From NCBI GenBank assembly GCA_030591685.1, contig JAUVAX010000027.1, positions 1 to 33,954 on the forward strand: a stretch of DNA of 33,954 nt, given 5' to 3'. This DNA is from Pseudobdellovibrionaceae bacterium (GTDB taxonomy: Bacteria; Bdellovibrionota; Bdellovibrionia; Bdellovibrionales; UBA1609). The stretch's first letter is position 1; the number at the start of each line of letters is the position of its first letter. Below, one piece after another: positions 10,061-19,813 of the stretch. Below the pieces are notes generated by a model, which worked only from the letters and a program-made list of their open reading frames with translations, did no database searches and had not been told where the DNA came from. Position numbers and translations under genes: made by a program.

Positions 10061-10359
10061 TTTGACTCCAAATTTTAAGTCACTCTCTTGAACTCGAAAA
10101 CAGGACCACAGATGTTTGAGCAACTAATTACTTCACGATTAATTAATATTTAGCGGAAACTTTAACATGTTCTTAATACAAACAAAGGCCAAAGCTGAGT
10201 TTTGTAATAAATACCAGAGGGCTGAGTCAAATAGCTTTTGGAAATAAGTCCTGAAGGGCAAACAGTCGTGCTTCTAATTCAATTAGCAACAACAGTTTCA
10301 GGCTAAACTCGAATAAATTTAGAAGCTTAAAATTATCGCATAAAATATTGCACGAAAAA

Positions 10360-10435
10360 TGGTGGAGCGTACAGGGATCGAACCTGCGACCTCAACGCTG
10401 CCAGCGTTGCGCTCTCCCAACTGAGCTAACGCCCC
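10360..10435 (-). tRNA. tRNA-Ala(GGC)
   Basis: 76 nt, GGGGCGTTAGCTCAGTTGGGAGAGC...CT GGC AG...GGTTCGATCC...CTCCACCA, with G3:U70 identity pair and encoded CCA. Confidence 0.97.
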
Positions 10436-10572
10436 ACAGATGGAAGGGCTCAGAAACTACAATCACTTTTGTCCGGAATCAAGGGTTTTACCCTAAATAT
10501 AAAGATGCGTCATATATAAAAACTTAATAAATACAGCTAGATAAAGACACACTTTCAAGTGATCTATACCCT

Positions 10573-10599
10573 TATAGGCCCCTGCCGCCTTGCCGATAA
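10573..10599 (+). promoter_or_regulatory. Sigma28 (FliA)-like promoter
   Basis: TATA-N15-GCCGATAA (consensus TAAA-N15-GCCGATAA), about 40 nt upstream of ATG 10639. Confidence 0.4.
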
Positions 10600-10638
10600 G
10601 GGTGTGTGCATACACGCATTACAGGGATTGGGTCATTT

Positions 10639-11154
10639 ATGAACTATAAAGGTCACTGCATTACAAATATGGGGATACTTTTAGGCACTGTATATACGGC
10701 TCATAAACTTATGCCTACGACTCATGAAAACCTAGGAGCCTATATGGTCGGCTTTGCTCTAGGCACTCTTATACTCTCACCGGACCTAGACACCTTTAGT
10801 CGCCCCTATAAAAACTGGGGGGTGCTACGGTTTATCTGGTGGCCTTATCAAAAGTCACTAAAGCATCGCTCTTGGCTCACCCATGGGCCGCTCATAGGGA
10901 CTCTTTTACGATCTGTCTACCTCTTGCTCGTTTGTGCCCTTACCTACTCGCTTATTATCTATTTGTTTAAAGCGAGTGAAATACATTCAGTAGATAATTT
11001 ATTTTCTCAGTATAATTTTAATCTTGAGTTCTCTTTTACAAAAAATATAAATATCATTGCTTATCTTTTTATTGGCCTTGAGATATCAGCCCTAGGGCAC
11101 TTACTGGCCGATAAGGCCTCTGACTTTATTAAACTATTACGCTATAGATTTTAA
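10639..11154 (+). CDS. DUF2227-like putative metal-binding membrane protein
   Basis: Motifs GH, SPDLD, WGxLxxIWxPY, HRSxxTHG and GHLLAD, with hydrophobic helices. The ORF track starts at 10606; ATG 10639 is more likely. Confidence 0.75.
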   Translation: MNYKGHCITNMGILLGTVYTAHKLMPTTHENLGAYMVGFALGTLILSPDLDTFSRPYKNWGVLRFIWWPYQKSLKHRSWLTHGPLIGTLLRSVYLLLVCALTYSLIIYLFKASEIHSVDNLFSQYNFNLEFSFTKNINIIAYLFIGLEISALGHLLADKASDFIKLLRYRF

Positions 11155-11238
11155 AATAGTAAATTTCAAAATAGTGATTGAACTCATGTCTTTAAGAAGT
11201 TCTAATTCAGTTAAGGTTATTTTTAAGGAGAGATCCCT

Positions 11239-11694
11239 TTGAAAGACGCAGAACAAGCCATAAATGTACTTTTTCTCTGTACCCACAACTCTTGCCGTAG
11301 CCAGATGGCCGAGGGTTGGTGTAACTTTTTTCACCATGGGACTATTCATGCCTATTCAGCAGGGACCAAAAAAACCTCAGTAAACACTTTAGCTATGGAT
11401 TCTATGCTTCAGGCAGGGGTGGATATTTCAACTCAATACTCAAAAACTCTTGAAGAAGTTAAAAATATTGAGTTTGATTACGTTTTTACAGTTTGCTCTG
11501 AGGCCGATCAAAGTTGCCCCGTTTTTACAGGCAAGACTCAAAAAATTCATATCAACTTTGAGGACCCCCCAAAGCTCTCTGCTGAGCTCACAGATAAGAG
11601 CGAAATCATAAAAATATATAACCAAGTTCGTGATGAAATCAAAATATTTGTAAAAGACATTCAATATCATTTTAACGATAAGTACTTGCCTTAA
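11239..11694 (+). CDS. arsC: Thioredoxin-dependent arsenate reductase (LMW-PTPase fold)
   Basis: P-loop CTHNSCRSQMAEG, resolving cysteines in TVCSEADQSCP, and FEDP; AAGGAG RBS. Confidence 0.85.
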   Translation: MKDAEQAINVLFLCTHNSCRSQMAEGWCNFFHHGTIHAYSAGTKKTSVNTLAMDSMLQAGVDISTQYSKTLEEVKNIEFDYVFTVCSEADQSCPVFTGKTQKIHINFEDPPKLSAELTDKSEIIKIYNQVRDEIKIFVKDIQYHFNDKYLP

Positions 11695-11837
11695 GTGCAG
11701 CTTTTTTAATTAAAAGCAAAAAAACTTATTTTTAAAGCCGACAATGATCGAGTTCATCACCCAAGTACTTATTTTTTATTAAGATTTCACCGAGTAGACA
11801 CTGTAGATATTTATTTAATTTAAACTTTGAGAGCGTC

Positions 11838-12419
11838 GTGAAAGTAAACATGCTAGCTGTAGTTATTATATTTTTTATGAGCTCTGTCTCGTATGGCCAG
11901 TTATTTTATTATAATGCTTCTAAAAAATCTAAGGGCATAGATTTTTCAATCACTCAACTCACGCTGACTGATTTAACTCAAGGTGGTGGGGTCCCAACAC
12001 TTGTACCCCCCATGCTTAGCGGAGAACTCATGTTTAGACTTTATCACACACATTATTTAACTATTATTGGAGCCAACTCACTCTCGTCAACAGCCGTTCC
12101 TAACTTAAAATCTACCTCATTTGGACTGGGTATAAAATCAAACTTGCCTGGGTTTTTCTTTTTTAAATCTAGAAAAAGGCACTTACTCAATAAAGCCAAA
12201 TCAAAATGGCTTAATACAGCTGTCTACGCACAGATACTCAGCACTAAAACGACGAATAGCCTAACAAGCACAACCACTGAAGGCTATGAGAGCGTTTTTG
12301 GCATTGAGATAGACGCCTTTTTATTTAGCCCGCTTTATTTAAAGCTCAATTTTCAAATAAACAATAGGTTGGGTGATTATTTTACAGCTATGGGCGTTGG
12401 CCTTGGTTGGGAATTTTAA
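11838..12419 (+). CDS. Putative small outer-membrane beta-barrel protein
   Basis: Signal peptide, alternating beta-strand pattern and C-terminal GVGLGWEF (BAM-type beta signal). Confidence 0.6.
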   Translation: MKVNMLAVVIIFFMSSVSYGQLFYYNASKKSKGIDFSITQLTLTDLTQGGGVPTLVPPMLSGELMFRLYHTHYLTIIGANSLSSTAVPNLKSTSFGLGIKSNLPGFFFFKSRKRHLLNKAKSKWLNTAVYAQILSTKTTNSLTSTTTEGYESVFGIEIDAFLFSPLYLKLNFQINNRLGDYFTAMGVGLGWEF

Positions 12420-12436
12420 GAATAGTTCTTTTTAAA

Positions 12437-13717
12437 CTAAAGACGCCAGTAGGCCTTGCTGTATTTACTGGCCTCTTCAGAACCTATAGCCCCTTTAATA
12501 TCTACAAACACACCCTCTGGCTTTACAAACTGACCCCAGTTCCCATTGTTAAGTATTTTCTCATGGGGGACAGCTAAAACTAAAATAGACTGTGGAGTTA
12601 AGTCCTCTAATGGCACAGGGGCAACCCCGTATTGGTTCTCTAGCTCTCCCTGGTCTGCAAGTGGGTCACAAATATTTACTTTTAAACCAAGCTTTATAAA
12701 CTCATTATAAATATCTAAAACCCTGGTGTTTCTAATATCAGGGCAGTTTTCTTTAAACGTTAGCCCTAGTAGGTTCACCTCAGACCCTACAATTTCGTGA
12801 GACATTTTCACTAAAGTCTGAGTTACTTTGTTAACAACATACTCACCCATTGAATCGTTAATTCTACGCCCTGATAAAATAACTTCAGGATGATAACCTA
12901 CCTTTTGTGCCTTATGAGTTAAATAGTAAGGGTCAACACCTATACAGTGACCCCCAACAAGACCAGGGTAAAATTTTAAAAAATTCCATTTTGTTGAGGC
13001 CGCTTCTAATACAGATTTTGTATCTATATTTAATTTATCAAATATTATAGAAAGCTCATTCATAAAAGCAATATTCAAGTCTCTTTGTGTGTTTTCTATG
13101 ACTTTAGCCGCCTCTGCGACTTGTATAGATTGAGCTTTAAAAACACCGGCTTCTACAACACTGCCATAAATTTCAGCCACCTTTTCAAGGGTTTTTTCAT
13201 CTTGCCCCGAAACAACTTTAGTTATTTTAGTAAACGTATGCTCCTTATCTCCGGGGTTTATTCTCTCAGGGCTGTAACCAACGTAAAAATCAACACCGCA
13301 CTTTAACCCTGATGCTTTCTCTAAAACAGGGACACACTCCTCTTCTGTAACACCTGGGTATACAGTAGATTCGTAAACCACTATATCCCCTGACTTGAGT
13401 TGAGCCCCAAGGGTCTCTGAGGCCTTAAAAAGAATATTCAAGTCAGGTCTGTTTGAATCATCAATAGGTGTGGGTACTGCGACAATGTGAAAGTTTGCCT
13501 TTTGTAGCTCTTTTGGTTCGTTTGTAAAAAAAAGTGGTGTTGATTTAAGCTCTTCTTCTGACACTTCAAGTGTTTTATCAATAGAGTTGTTAAGCTCATC
13601 AATACGAGAATTATTGATATCAAAACCAATCACATCATATTTTTTTGCAAAAGCAACGGCAACAGGCAAACCCACATAGCCCAGTCCAATAATAGAAATC
13701 ACATCTTTATTACTCAT
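12437..13717 (-). CDS. UDP-N-acetylhexosamine 6-dehydrogenase (WbpO/TviB-like)
   Basis: GLGYVGLP, YESTVYPG, SPERINPG, GGHCIGVDP and FKENCPDIRN. Confidence 0.92.
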   Translation of the reverse strand: MSNKDVISIIGLGYVGLPVAVAFAKKYDVIGFDINNSRIDELNNSIDKTLEVSEEELKSTPLFFTNEPKELQKANFHIVAVPTPIDDSNRPDLNILFKASETLGAQLKSGDIVVYESTVYPGVTEEECVPVLEKASGLKCGVDFYVGYSPERINPGDKEHTFTKITKVVSGQDEKTLEKVAEIYGSVVEAGVFKAQSIQVAEAAKVIENTQRDLNIAFMNELSIIFDKLNIDTKSVLEAASTKWNFLKFYPGLVGGHCIGVDPYYLTHKAQKVGYHPEVILSGRRINDSMGEYVVNKVTQTLVKMSHEIVGSEVNLLGLTFKENCPDIRNTRVLDIYNEFIKLGLKVNICDPLADQGELENQYGVAPVPLEDLTPQSILVLAVPHEKILNNGNWGQFVKPEGVFVDIKGAIGSEEASKYSKAYWRL

Positions 13718-14763
13718 AAGGCCCTCTTTTTAGTGTTTTCGATGTACCAATTAATTGTTTTCTCTAGCCCCTCTGGCACACTAAACTCAGGGACATAACC
13801 CAATACCTCTCTAGAAAGGCTCGTGTCTGCTAACGAATGTAAAACATCACCAGGCCTGAAATCTCTATATTTTGCCTCTCCTACAGTTAGCCCCTCAATT
13901 TCTCGTCTTAAGAGAGTTTTTAACGACTCATAGAGCTCATTTAAAGTGGTTCTTTGCCCATACGAAACATTAAAAGCCTTACCATAGGCCATTTTATTAC
14001 TACATAATGCGGCTCTAATGTTAGCTTGTACTGTGTTGTCGATATAACAAAAGTCTCGGCTGGTCTCACCGTCTCCGTTAATAAATACATCATCACCAGT
14101 GATTAAAGCGTCTACCCATTTAGGGATCACTGCCGCATATGCGCCTTCAGGGTCTTGTCTGCGGCCAAAAACATTAAAATAACGAAGTCCTATCACAGGC
14201 AGCCCATAGGTTTTTGAAAAAATCTCCCCGTATACTTCATTAATATATTTACTTGCAGCATAGGGCGACAATGGCTTTCCTGTTTTTAATTCTTTTTTGG
14301 GTAAATCTGGGTCGTCCCCATAAACAGAACTACTCGACGCATACACAACACGCTTTACCTTGTTATCAACACAAGCCTTGAACATATTAAAAGTACCATC
14401 TACGTTATTTTTATGTGTACTCATAGGGTCTTTAATCGACCTAGGGACTGAGCCGAGGGCCGCCTGATGTAGTGTAAAATCTATACCTTCAGTTGCACTC
14501 ATACAATGGTCAATGTCAGTCACATCACCCTTTATAAAGTTAAAATTTTTATGAAGGCCCTGGTCTACATTTTTTAACACATCCTCAATATTGCTCTCAT
14601 GACCCGTTGATAAATTATCTAAAGCCACCACAGATTGGTGAGCGTTTAATAAAAATTCGATTAAATTTGAGCCTATAAAGCCTGCAGCACCAGTCACTAA
14701 CCACTTATGACTTGTCTGAGTGAGCTCATTTTTTAAACCTTCAAGCGTGTCTTTATTACTCAT
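13714..14763 (-). CDS. UDP-GlcNAc(A) 4-epimerase (WbpP/TviC-like SDR)
   Basis: GAAGFIG, HQAALGSVPRS, YAASK and RYFNVFGRRQDP; 4-bp overlap with the downstream dehydrogenase. Confidence 0.92.
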   Translation of the reverse strand: MSNKDTLEGLKNELTQTSHKWLVTGAAGFIGSNLIEFLLNAHQSVVALDNLSTGHESNIEDVLKNVDQGLHKNFNFIKGDVTDIDHCMSATEGIDFTLHQAALGSVPRSIKDPMSTHKNNVDGTFNMFKACVDNKVKRVVYASSSSVYGDDPDLPKKELKTGKPLSPYAASKYINEVYGEIFSKTYGLPVIGLRYFNVFGRRQDPEGAYAAVIPKWVDALITGDDVFINGDGETSRDFCYIDNTVQANIRAALCSNKMAYGKAFNVSYGQRTTLNELYESLKTLLRREIEGLTVGEAKYRDFRPGDVLHSLADTSLSREVLGYVPEFSVPEGLEKTINWYIENTKKRAL

Positions 14764-14900
14764 TTATACTGTCTCCAGAAAATATATTTTTTAAAGAAAT
14801 CTAAAAATATTAATTGCCTAGACCTTTGGCTTATTTTTTTAAATTAACTTAAACCTTTCGTACATTTATGTCGATTTTACCTTAAGAGGGCTCAAAATAA

Positions 14901-16325
14901 ATGTTTAAATCTGTAAATCCAAGTTTACTGTTTGCTATAGTTATATTTTCTACAGCATTGCTTACTTTTGCAATCAAAACTATTGCCAATAAAAAGAAAA
15001 TCCAAGCTAAGGTCGACTTTCGCAGAAAAAACAAACAATTAACCCCGCTTCTTGGTGGGTTGGCCATATACTCGACTCTTATTTTATCCACCCTTATCAC
15101 TCACGATCAGTTATTATTAAGTATTACTATTGCAGCACTACCAATTGTTATTATTGGTGTTTGGGATGACATTCATGAACTCTCAGCTAAACCAAAGTTT
15201 ATAGCTCAACTATTAGCCACAACAATTTTTGTTAATGTCTATCCTGAAAAAGATTTAATTTTTCACTCATGGGGTCTCCCTGTATTTATAAATTACTTTT
15301 TCTGCTATTTTTGGGCTCTAACACTGAGTAATGCTATTAACTTTATTGACGGACTTGACGGCCTAGCGGCTACTTTTTGCATTATTGCCAGCATCACAAT
15401 TGGCGTTATTTCACCTCATAATATGAATACGAGCATTGTCATTACAGCAGCCATTAGTGGTTTTTTACTATTTAATCTTCCACCTGCTAAAATCTACTTA
15501 GGCGAGGTGGGAAGCTCTTTTTTAGGCTTTGCCATGAGCGCGTCCACCCTATCAGTAGTCTCAGACCGTAGTTTTGCCGCAACTTCTATTACAATATTAT
15601 TCATTTTCTCATACCCTCTTATTGACTTAACATACTGTACATTTAGGCGTGTTCTTAATGGGCAATCCCCCTTTGTTGGTGACCATGATCATATACATCA
15701 TAAACTTAGAAAAATTGGGTTTCCCATAAAAGTCATACTGGGGACAATTATACTTATAGCTATTTTAACAAATTTAACAGCCTACATTTTAAGTCAAACT
15801 CAAAGCCTGCCCGTACTTGTTTTAACTGCAGGTGTTGTAGCCGGATCACTCTTAATCCTACTTATTTCATTTTTATACACCGAACACAAATTGGGGACAC
15901 AGGTCTCTACCTACGGACGTACTCTTTTGGAAAAACACTTTAGCTCCGAAGAGGCCATAACAGTCACAGGGCTCAAACAAGGCATAGTGATTGACCTATT
16001 ACCATACTATAAAGAGTTACAGGTCATGGGCATACCTGTTGTAAATAGTTTTTTAGAAGATCTCTCGGAGGTGGTGAAAACAATTCATGCCAAATTTGAA
16101 GTGCAAATTATTAGTTCTTACTCTCTAGGTATTTCGTTTTACACGATGGCCTCTGACCCAGAAAAATTGATTCAAGACTTTGACGCACTTATAAAAAAAT
16201 ATAAAATTCAAAAAAATATAAAAAAACTACCTGATGGGGTTTATTTTTACAGTAGACAAAACATAGGCCAGTTTGTTAAACTTACTCAAAGAACCCCTGA
16301 GAACGTTTATAAACAAGTTGGTTAA
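14901..16325 (+). CDS. MraY/WecA-family polyprenyl-phosphate HexNAc-1-phosphate transferase with C-terminal cytoplasmic extension
   Basis: TPLLGGLAI, GVWDD, NAINFIDGLDGLA, FNLPPAKIYLG and DHDHIHH; about 11 TM segments plus a ~145-aa soluble tail. Confidence 0.85.
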   Translation: MFKSVNPSLLFAIVIFSTALLTFAIKTIANKKKIQAKVDFRRKNKQLTPLLGGLAIYSTLILSTLITHDQLLLSITIAALPIVIIGVWDDIHELSAKPKFIAQLLATTIFVNVYPEKDLIFHSWGLPVFINYFFCYFWALTLSNAINFIDGLDGLAATFCIIASITIGVISPHNMNTSIVITAAISGFLLFNLPPAKIYLGEVGSSFLGFAMSASTLSVVSDRSFAATSITILFIFSYPLIDLTYCTFRRVLNGQSPFVGDHDHIHHKLRKIGFPIKVILGTIILIAILTNLTAYILSQTQSLPVLVLTAGVVAGSLLILLISFLYTEHKLGTQVSTYGRTLLEKHFSSEEAITVTGLKQGIVIDLLPYYKELQVMGIPVVNSFLEDLSEVVKTIHAKFEVQIISSYSLGISFYTMASDPEKLIQDFDALIKKYKIQKNIKKLPDGVYFYSRQNIGQFVKLTQRTPENVYKQVG

Positions 16326-16326
16326 T

Positions 16327-17430
16327 ATGAACATCCTACAAGTCGGTAAATACTCTCCATCTGCTTCTGGAGGTATCGAATCTGTTATTTACAAATTAAC
16401 AACCGGTCTTTGTAAAAAAAAATATACCTCTACAGTTATTTACTTTGAGTCAAAAAAGTATAAACCTATACGCCCTGAAGCCTATAACGCAATACATATC
16501 CCTGAAACTATAAATATCTTATCAAACCCTTATAATTTAAATTATCAAAAAAAATTATTACATCATATTAATAATGCTGACATCATACATCTGCACACAC
16601 CACATCCATTAGCCGAATATATTATTAGCAAATGTTCTTTTAAGGCTCCCCTAGTGACAACTATTCATGCTGATATAAATCGGTCCCCTTTAATTGAGAG
16701 CCTTTACCACAAGCTCAATTTGAAAATTTTAAATAAATCTAAAGCTATCACTGTAGCCTCACCCCATCATCTCAAATTTATTAAAAACCTCCGTGGGTTT
16801 GAGGCTAAAACCACTGTCATACCGTTTGGCACAGAGAGCTACCTATCCCCCCCTCAACCCCTCAAACATAGTGTTTGTTTTGTGGGTCGGCTGGTGAGCT
16901 ATAAAGGTCTTGAAACCCTAATAAAGGCTCAATTAAAGACCAATTGCCTTTTGCAAATTGTAGGCAGCGGCCCTGATGAAGGCCTGTTACGCAAGCTTGC
17001 CCTTCGCTTAGGGCTCAATCAAAGAATTCAATTTATGGGCAATCAAACCCCATTAGAAATAAAAAAAATACTCGCCCAGTCAAAAGCACTTGTATTGCCC
17101 TCAATAAATCAAAAAGAATGCTTTGGCATGGTCCTTATTGAAGCCCTCTCAGCAGGGGTCCCTGTTATAACCACACGGTTGGGCACTGGTGTTGACTTTG
17201 TAAATCAACACTTTAAAACTGGCATCACTACACCCATCAACCATCAAGACCGCCTTTCTGAAGCCATTAATTTAATCACTGAAAGCCCACAACTTAGAGA
17301 TGAGCTATCAAAGGGCGCATTAAAGCATTATGAAAACTCATTTACAAAAAAACAAATGATAGATAGTTTTGAAAAATTATATTTTGATTTATTTAATCCA
17401 TCGACAGAACATATAGTAAATAGCCTTTAG
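16327..17430 (+). CDS. Glycosyltransferase family 4
   Basis: GGIE, HLHTP, FVGRLVSYKG and ECFGMVLIEA (Ex7E). ATG 16327 lies 1 nt after the upstream stop. Confidence 0.9.
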   Translation: MNILQVGKYSPSASGGIESVIYKLTTGLCKKKYTSTVIYFESKKYKPIRPEAYNAIHIPETINILSNPYNLNYQKKLLHHINNADIIHLHTPHPLAEYIISKCSFKAPLVTTIHADINRSPLIESLYHKLNLKILNKSKAITVASPHHLKFIKNLRGFEAKTTVIPFGTESYLSPPQPLKHSVCFVGRLVSYKGLETLIKAQLKTNCLLQIVGSGPDEGLLRKLALRLGLNQRIQFMGNQTPLEIKKILAQSKALVLPSINQKECFGMVLIEALSAGVPVITTRLGTGVDFVNQHFKTGITTPINHQDRLSEAINLITESPQLRDELSKGALKHYENSFTKKQMIDSFEKLYFDLFNPSTEHIVNSL

Positions 17431-18315
17431 CTTTGAATCAAACAATAAAAACTTAATTACATAGTATTTTAATCGAGAGCTCCTTGGCCTTAGTAAGAAA
17501 TTTTTAGTCACAAACCAATTTAAACATAAATTATTTTGTTTGCTTTTAAATAAGTTGCATTTAAAACCTAATCTTTTAAATGCAATATCTATAGCGCAGA
17601 ATGAGTTTATTAATTTATTTTTTTTAAAAAGCACTAAAAGCTCTTTTTGTTTGATCTTAGAGCTGTATTTCTCAATAAACAAAGTGATGTCATAAAAATG
17701 CAATAAGTCCTCAAAGGTATTTAAAAACGACCAGTGTACACATAAGTAAAATAGCTCTAGTGTGGGGTCGAGCAATTTGTACTCCTGTGACTCGCTATCT
17801 ATAGTTAACCCTTGCCCCTTGGCCTCTATCCAAAAGGCCCTTGTATGAACCTCTAAATGTATTTCTAATAAATTCACATGAGCTTTGTAATCTGTTTTAA
17901 ATTCATCACCTAACCATCTTTTTTGATGCACTTGAGTAAAGCCAATACTCTTTAGCCCCGCTGTGAACTTTTGAAGTCCCTGGGGGGCGACGAGCAAATC
18001 AACATCAGACATTGGTCTAGCTCCGTAATTGGTATATACACCCCTAAGAAGCAAACTCACCCCTTTAAAGGGAAGCATGCTACCACTCCCCCCAATCACC
18101 TTATAAAGTGATTTATAAACCTCAAGTGAGGTCAAGTTAATAAGCCGATTAGAGGCCCAATGGGGTTTGAATTCATCTATAGAAAACAACTCAAACAAAA
18201 GACCTTGAAGCTTATGCTCAACAATTATTTGCCTATCTGATGAGTTTAACTGTGCCCCTCCAAGAGACGGCAACAGTTGCAGTAGGTTATTTTTAATATA
18301 ACTGATCTCTGGCAA
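17389..18315 (-). CDS. Nucleotidyltransferase (NTP_transf_5-like), lasso-cluster associated
   Basis: PFKG, RPMSDVDLLV (DxD), LEVH and LCVHW match this family's motif pattern. Confidence 0.8.
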   Translation of the reverse strand: MPEISYIKNNLLQLLPSLGGAQLNSSDRQIIVEHKLQGLLFELFSIDEFKPHWASNRLINLTSLEVYKSLYKVIGGSGSMLPFKGVSLLLRGVYTNYGARPMSDVDLLVAPQGLQKFTAGLKSIGFTQVHQKRWLGDEFKTDYKAHVNLLEIHLEVHTRAFWIEAKGQGLTIDSESQEYKLLDPTLELFYLCVHWSFLNTFEDLLHFYDITLFIEKYSSKIKQKELLVLFKKNKLINSFCAIDIAFKRLGFKCNLFKSKQNNLCLNWFVTKNFLLRPRSSRLKYYVIKFLLFDSKLKAIYYMFCRWIK

Positions 18316-18361
18316 AACTAATCCCTTGACGCTAACGCCGAAAACAATTGTACTTTTACTT

Positions 18362-19012
18362 ATGAACCATCATTTAGCAGTATCCATTGATAATCTATCA
18401 TGGTCGTATAAGGACTTAAAAGTATTATCTGCAATTCATTTACAAGTTTCTAGGGGTCAAACTATCTGTATCCACGGGCAAAATGGGTCGGGCAAAACGA
18501 CACTCTTAAAAATCATTTCAGGACTTTTAATACCTCAAAAAAAAAGTGTTGTTATAAATAACATTTGTACCCTTAAACACGGAAAAAAGGTAAGAAAACT
18601 AATTAGCTGGTCTCAAGCCAGCGACACTGGTTTTTTTAATTACCTCACTGGTTTTGAAAATTTAAAATGTTTTTACTTGTTATCTAATAACGATGAACAG
18701 TACTTTTTAAACGAACTTAAAAAAATGAAAGTTCACCCTATAGTTAATAAAACACTCAATTCCAAATATATTGATATGTCCACAGGCATGAAGCAAGTTT
18801 TAAGTTTTTTACGTGGGTATATCACCGAGCGGCCCCTTGTGTTGCTGGACGAACCTACCAGGTCCCTCTCTACCGAAATGCAAACATTAATTATTAAATG
18901 CATTAAAAACAAGGACCCTGGCAAGACCTTTATTATAGCCTCTCATAATGCTGAGCTCATCAACTCGTTTAAAAAATATACCCTTACAGATGGTCATCTA
19001 AAATGTTTATAA
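18362..19012 (+). CDS. ABC transporter ATP-binding subunit
   Basis: Walker A GQNGSGKTT, signature MSTGMKQ, Walker B LLDEPT and H-loop ASH. The ORF track starts at TTG 18326; ATG 18362 is more likely. Confidence 0.9.
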   Translation: MNHHLAVSIDNLSWSYKDLKVLSAIHLQVSRGQTICIHGQNGSGKTTLLKIISGLLIPQKKSVVINNICTLKHGKKVRKLISWSQASDTGFFNYLTGFENLKCFYLLSNNDEQYFLNELKKMKVHPIVNKTLNSKYIDMSTGMKQVLSFLRGYITERPLVLLDEPTRSLSTEMQTLIIKCIKNKDPGKTFIIASHNAELINSFKKYTLTDGHLKCL

Positions 19013-19812
19013 TACTTCGGCTACTGTTTAAAAATACATATAAGTATACGACGCCAACGCCATTAGTATATCTCAGTGATGTTTTTTCAATTGTGTTTAC
19101 ACTTATAATTTACAATTTAACGAGCAAGGCCCTAACCCCAAGCTTATCGGCTCACTACAACTGGCACTCACAGGATTACTTTACCTTTATTGTTATTGGA
19201 GAGCTCATATTAAGCGCTCCCATCTTATTTTTTGAGAGCCTCCCCAGGTCATTAAAAATGCATATATTCGATGGGAGTTTTACACACCTAATACTCAGCA
19301 AATCAGGCCCCGCAAAAGTGCTTATAATAAGTACTTTGAGCTTTCTCCCTAGAGAATTATTATCAACCTTTTTGTTATTTATGATCGCTAAAATCAGCTT
19401 TAACTTGAATGTTTCACCAAGTGATTTTGTGGCAATTATTATGTTACAGCTAGCTTTTCTGCCTAGCCTTCTTGCACTGAGTTTTATTATGAGTAGTCTT
19501 ATTTTATTAATGGGTCGAGGGTACGGGAGTGCTAGCCAGCTGGGCCTTGGGATGACTCTTTTAGCCGGGCAGTACTTCCCCATTGATGTATTGCCTGAAA
19601 CTATAAAAAAAATATCTGAACTACTATTGCCAACAACTGCGCTTATGCAAATTGGTCGTGAGCTTATCTCTGGAAGTTATGTTATTAATTTCATGCACAT
19701 AGGCACCATTTTACTATGGGCCCTCTTTTTATTACCACTTAGCATATATGTTTTTAACCAAACCTTAGAGTACAAACTAAAAAAAGGGTCTCACTTTACT
19801 TTTTATATTTAA
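19003..19812 (+). CDS. ABC-2-type transporter permease
   Basis: About 6 TM segments; GQYFPIDVLP...LLPTT...R motif; overlaps the ATPase gene. Confidence 0.85.
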   Translation: MFIILRLLFKNTYKYTTPTPLVYLSDVFSIVFTLIIYNLTSKALTPSLSAHYNWHSQDYFTFIVIGELILSAPILFFESLPRSLKMHIFDGSFTHLILSKSGPAKVLIISTLSFLPRELLSTFLLFMIAKISFNLNVSPSDFVAIIMLQLAFLPSLLALSFIMSSLILLMGRGYGSASQLGLGMTLLAGQYFPIDVLPETIKKISELLLPTTALMQIGRELISGSYVINFMHIGTILLWALFLLPLSIYVFNQTLEYKLKKGSHFTFYI

Positions 19813-19813
19813 A

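Noticed and set aside
8261..10435. Integrative element at tRNA-Ala
   Set aside because: No integrase is present and no duplicated tRNA 3' end was seen in the window.
11239..11694. ArsC as the Wzb phosphatase partner of Wzc
   Set aside because: The CxxNSCRSQMAEG motif plus two resolving cysteines indicates arsenate reductase rather than Wzb (CxGNICRS).
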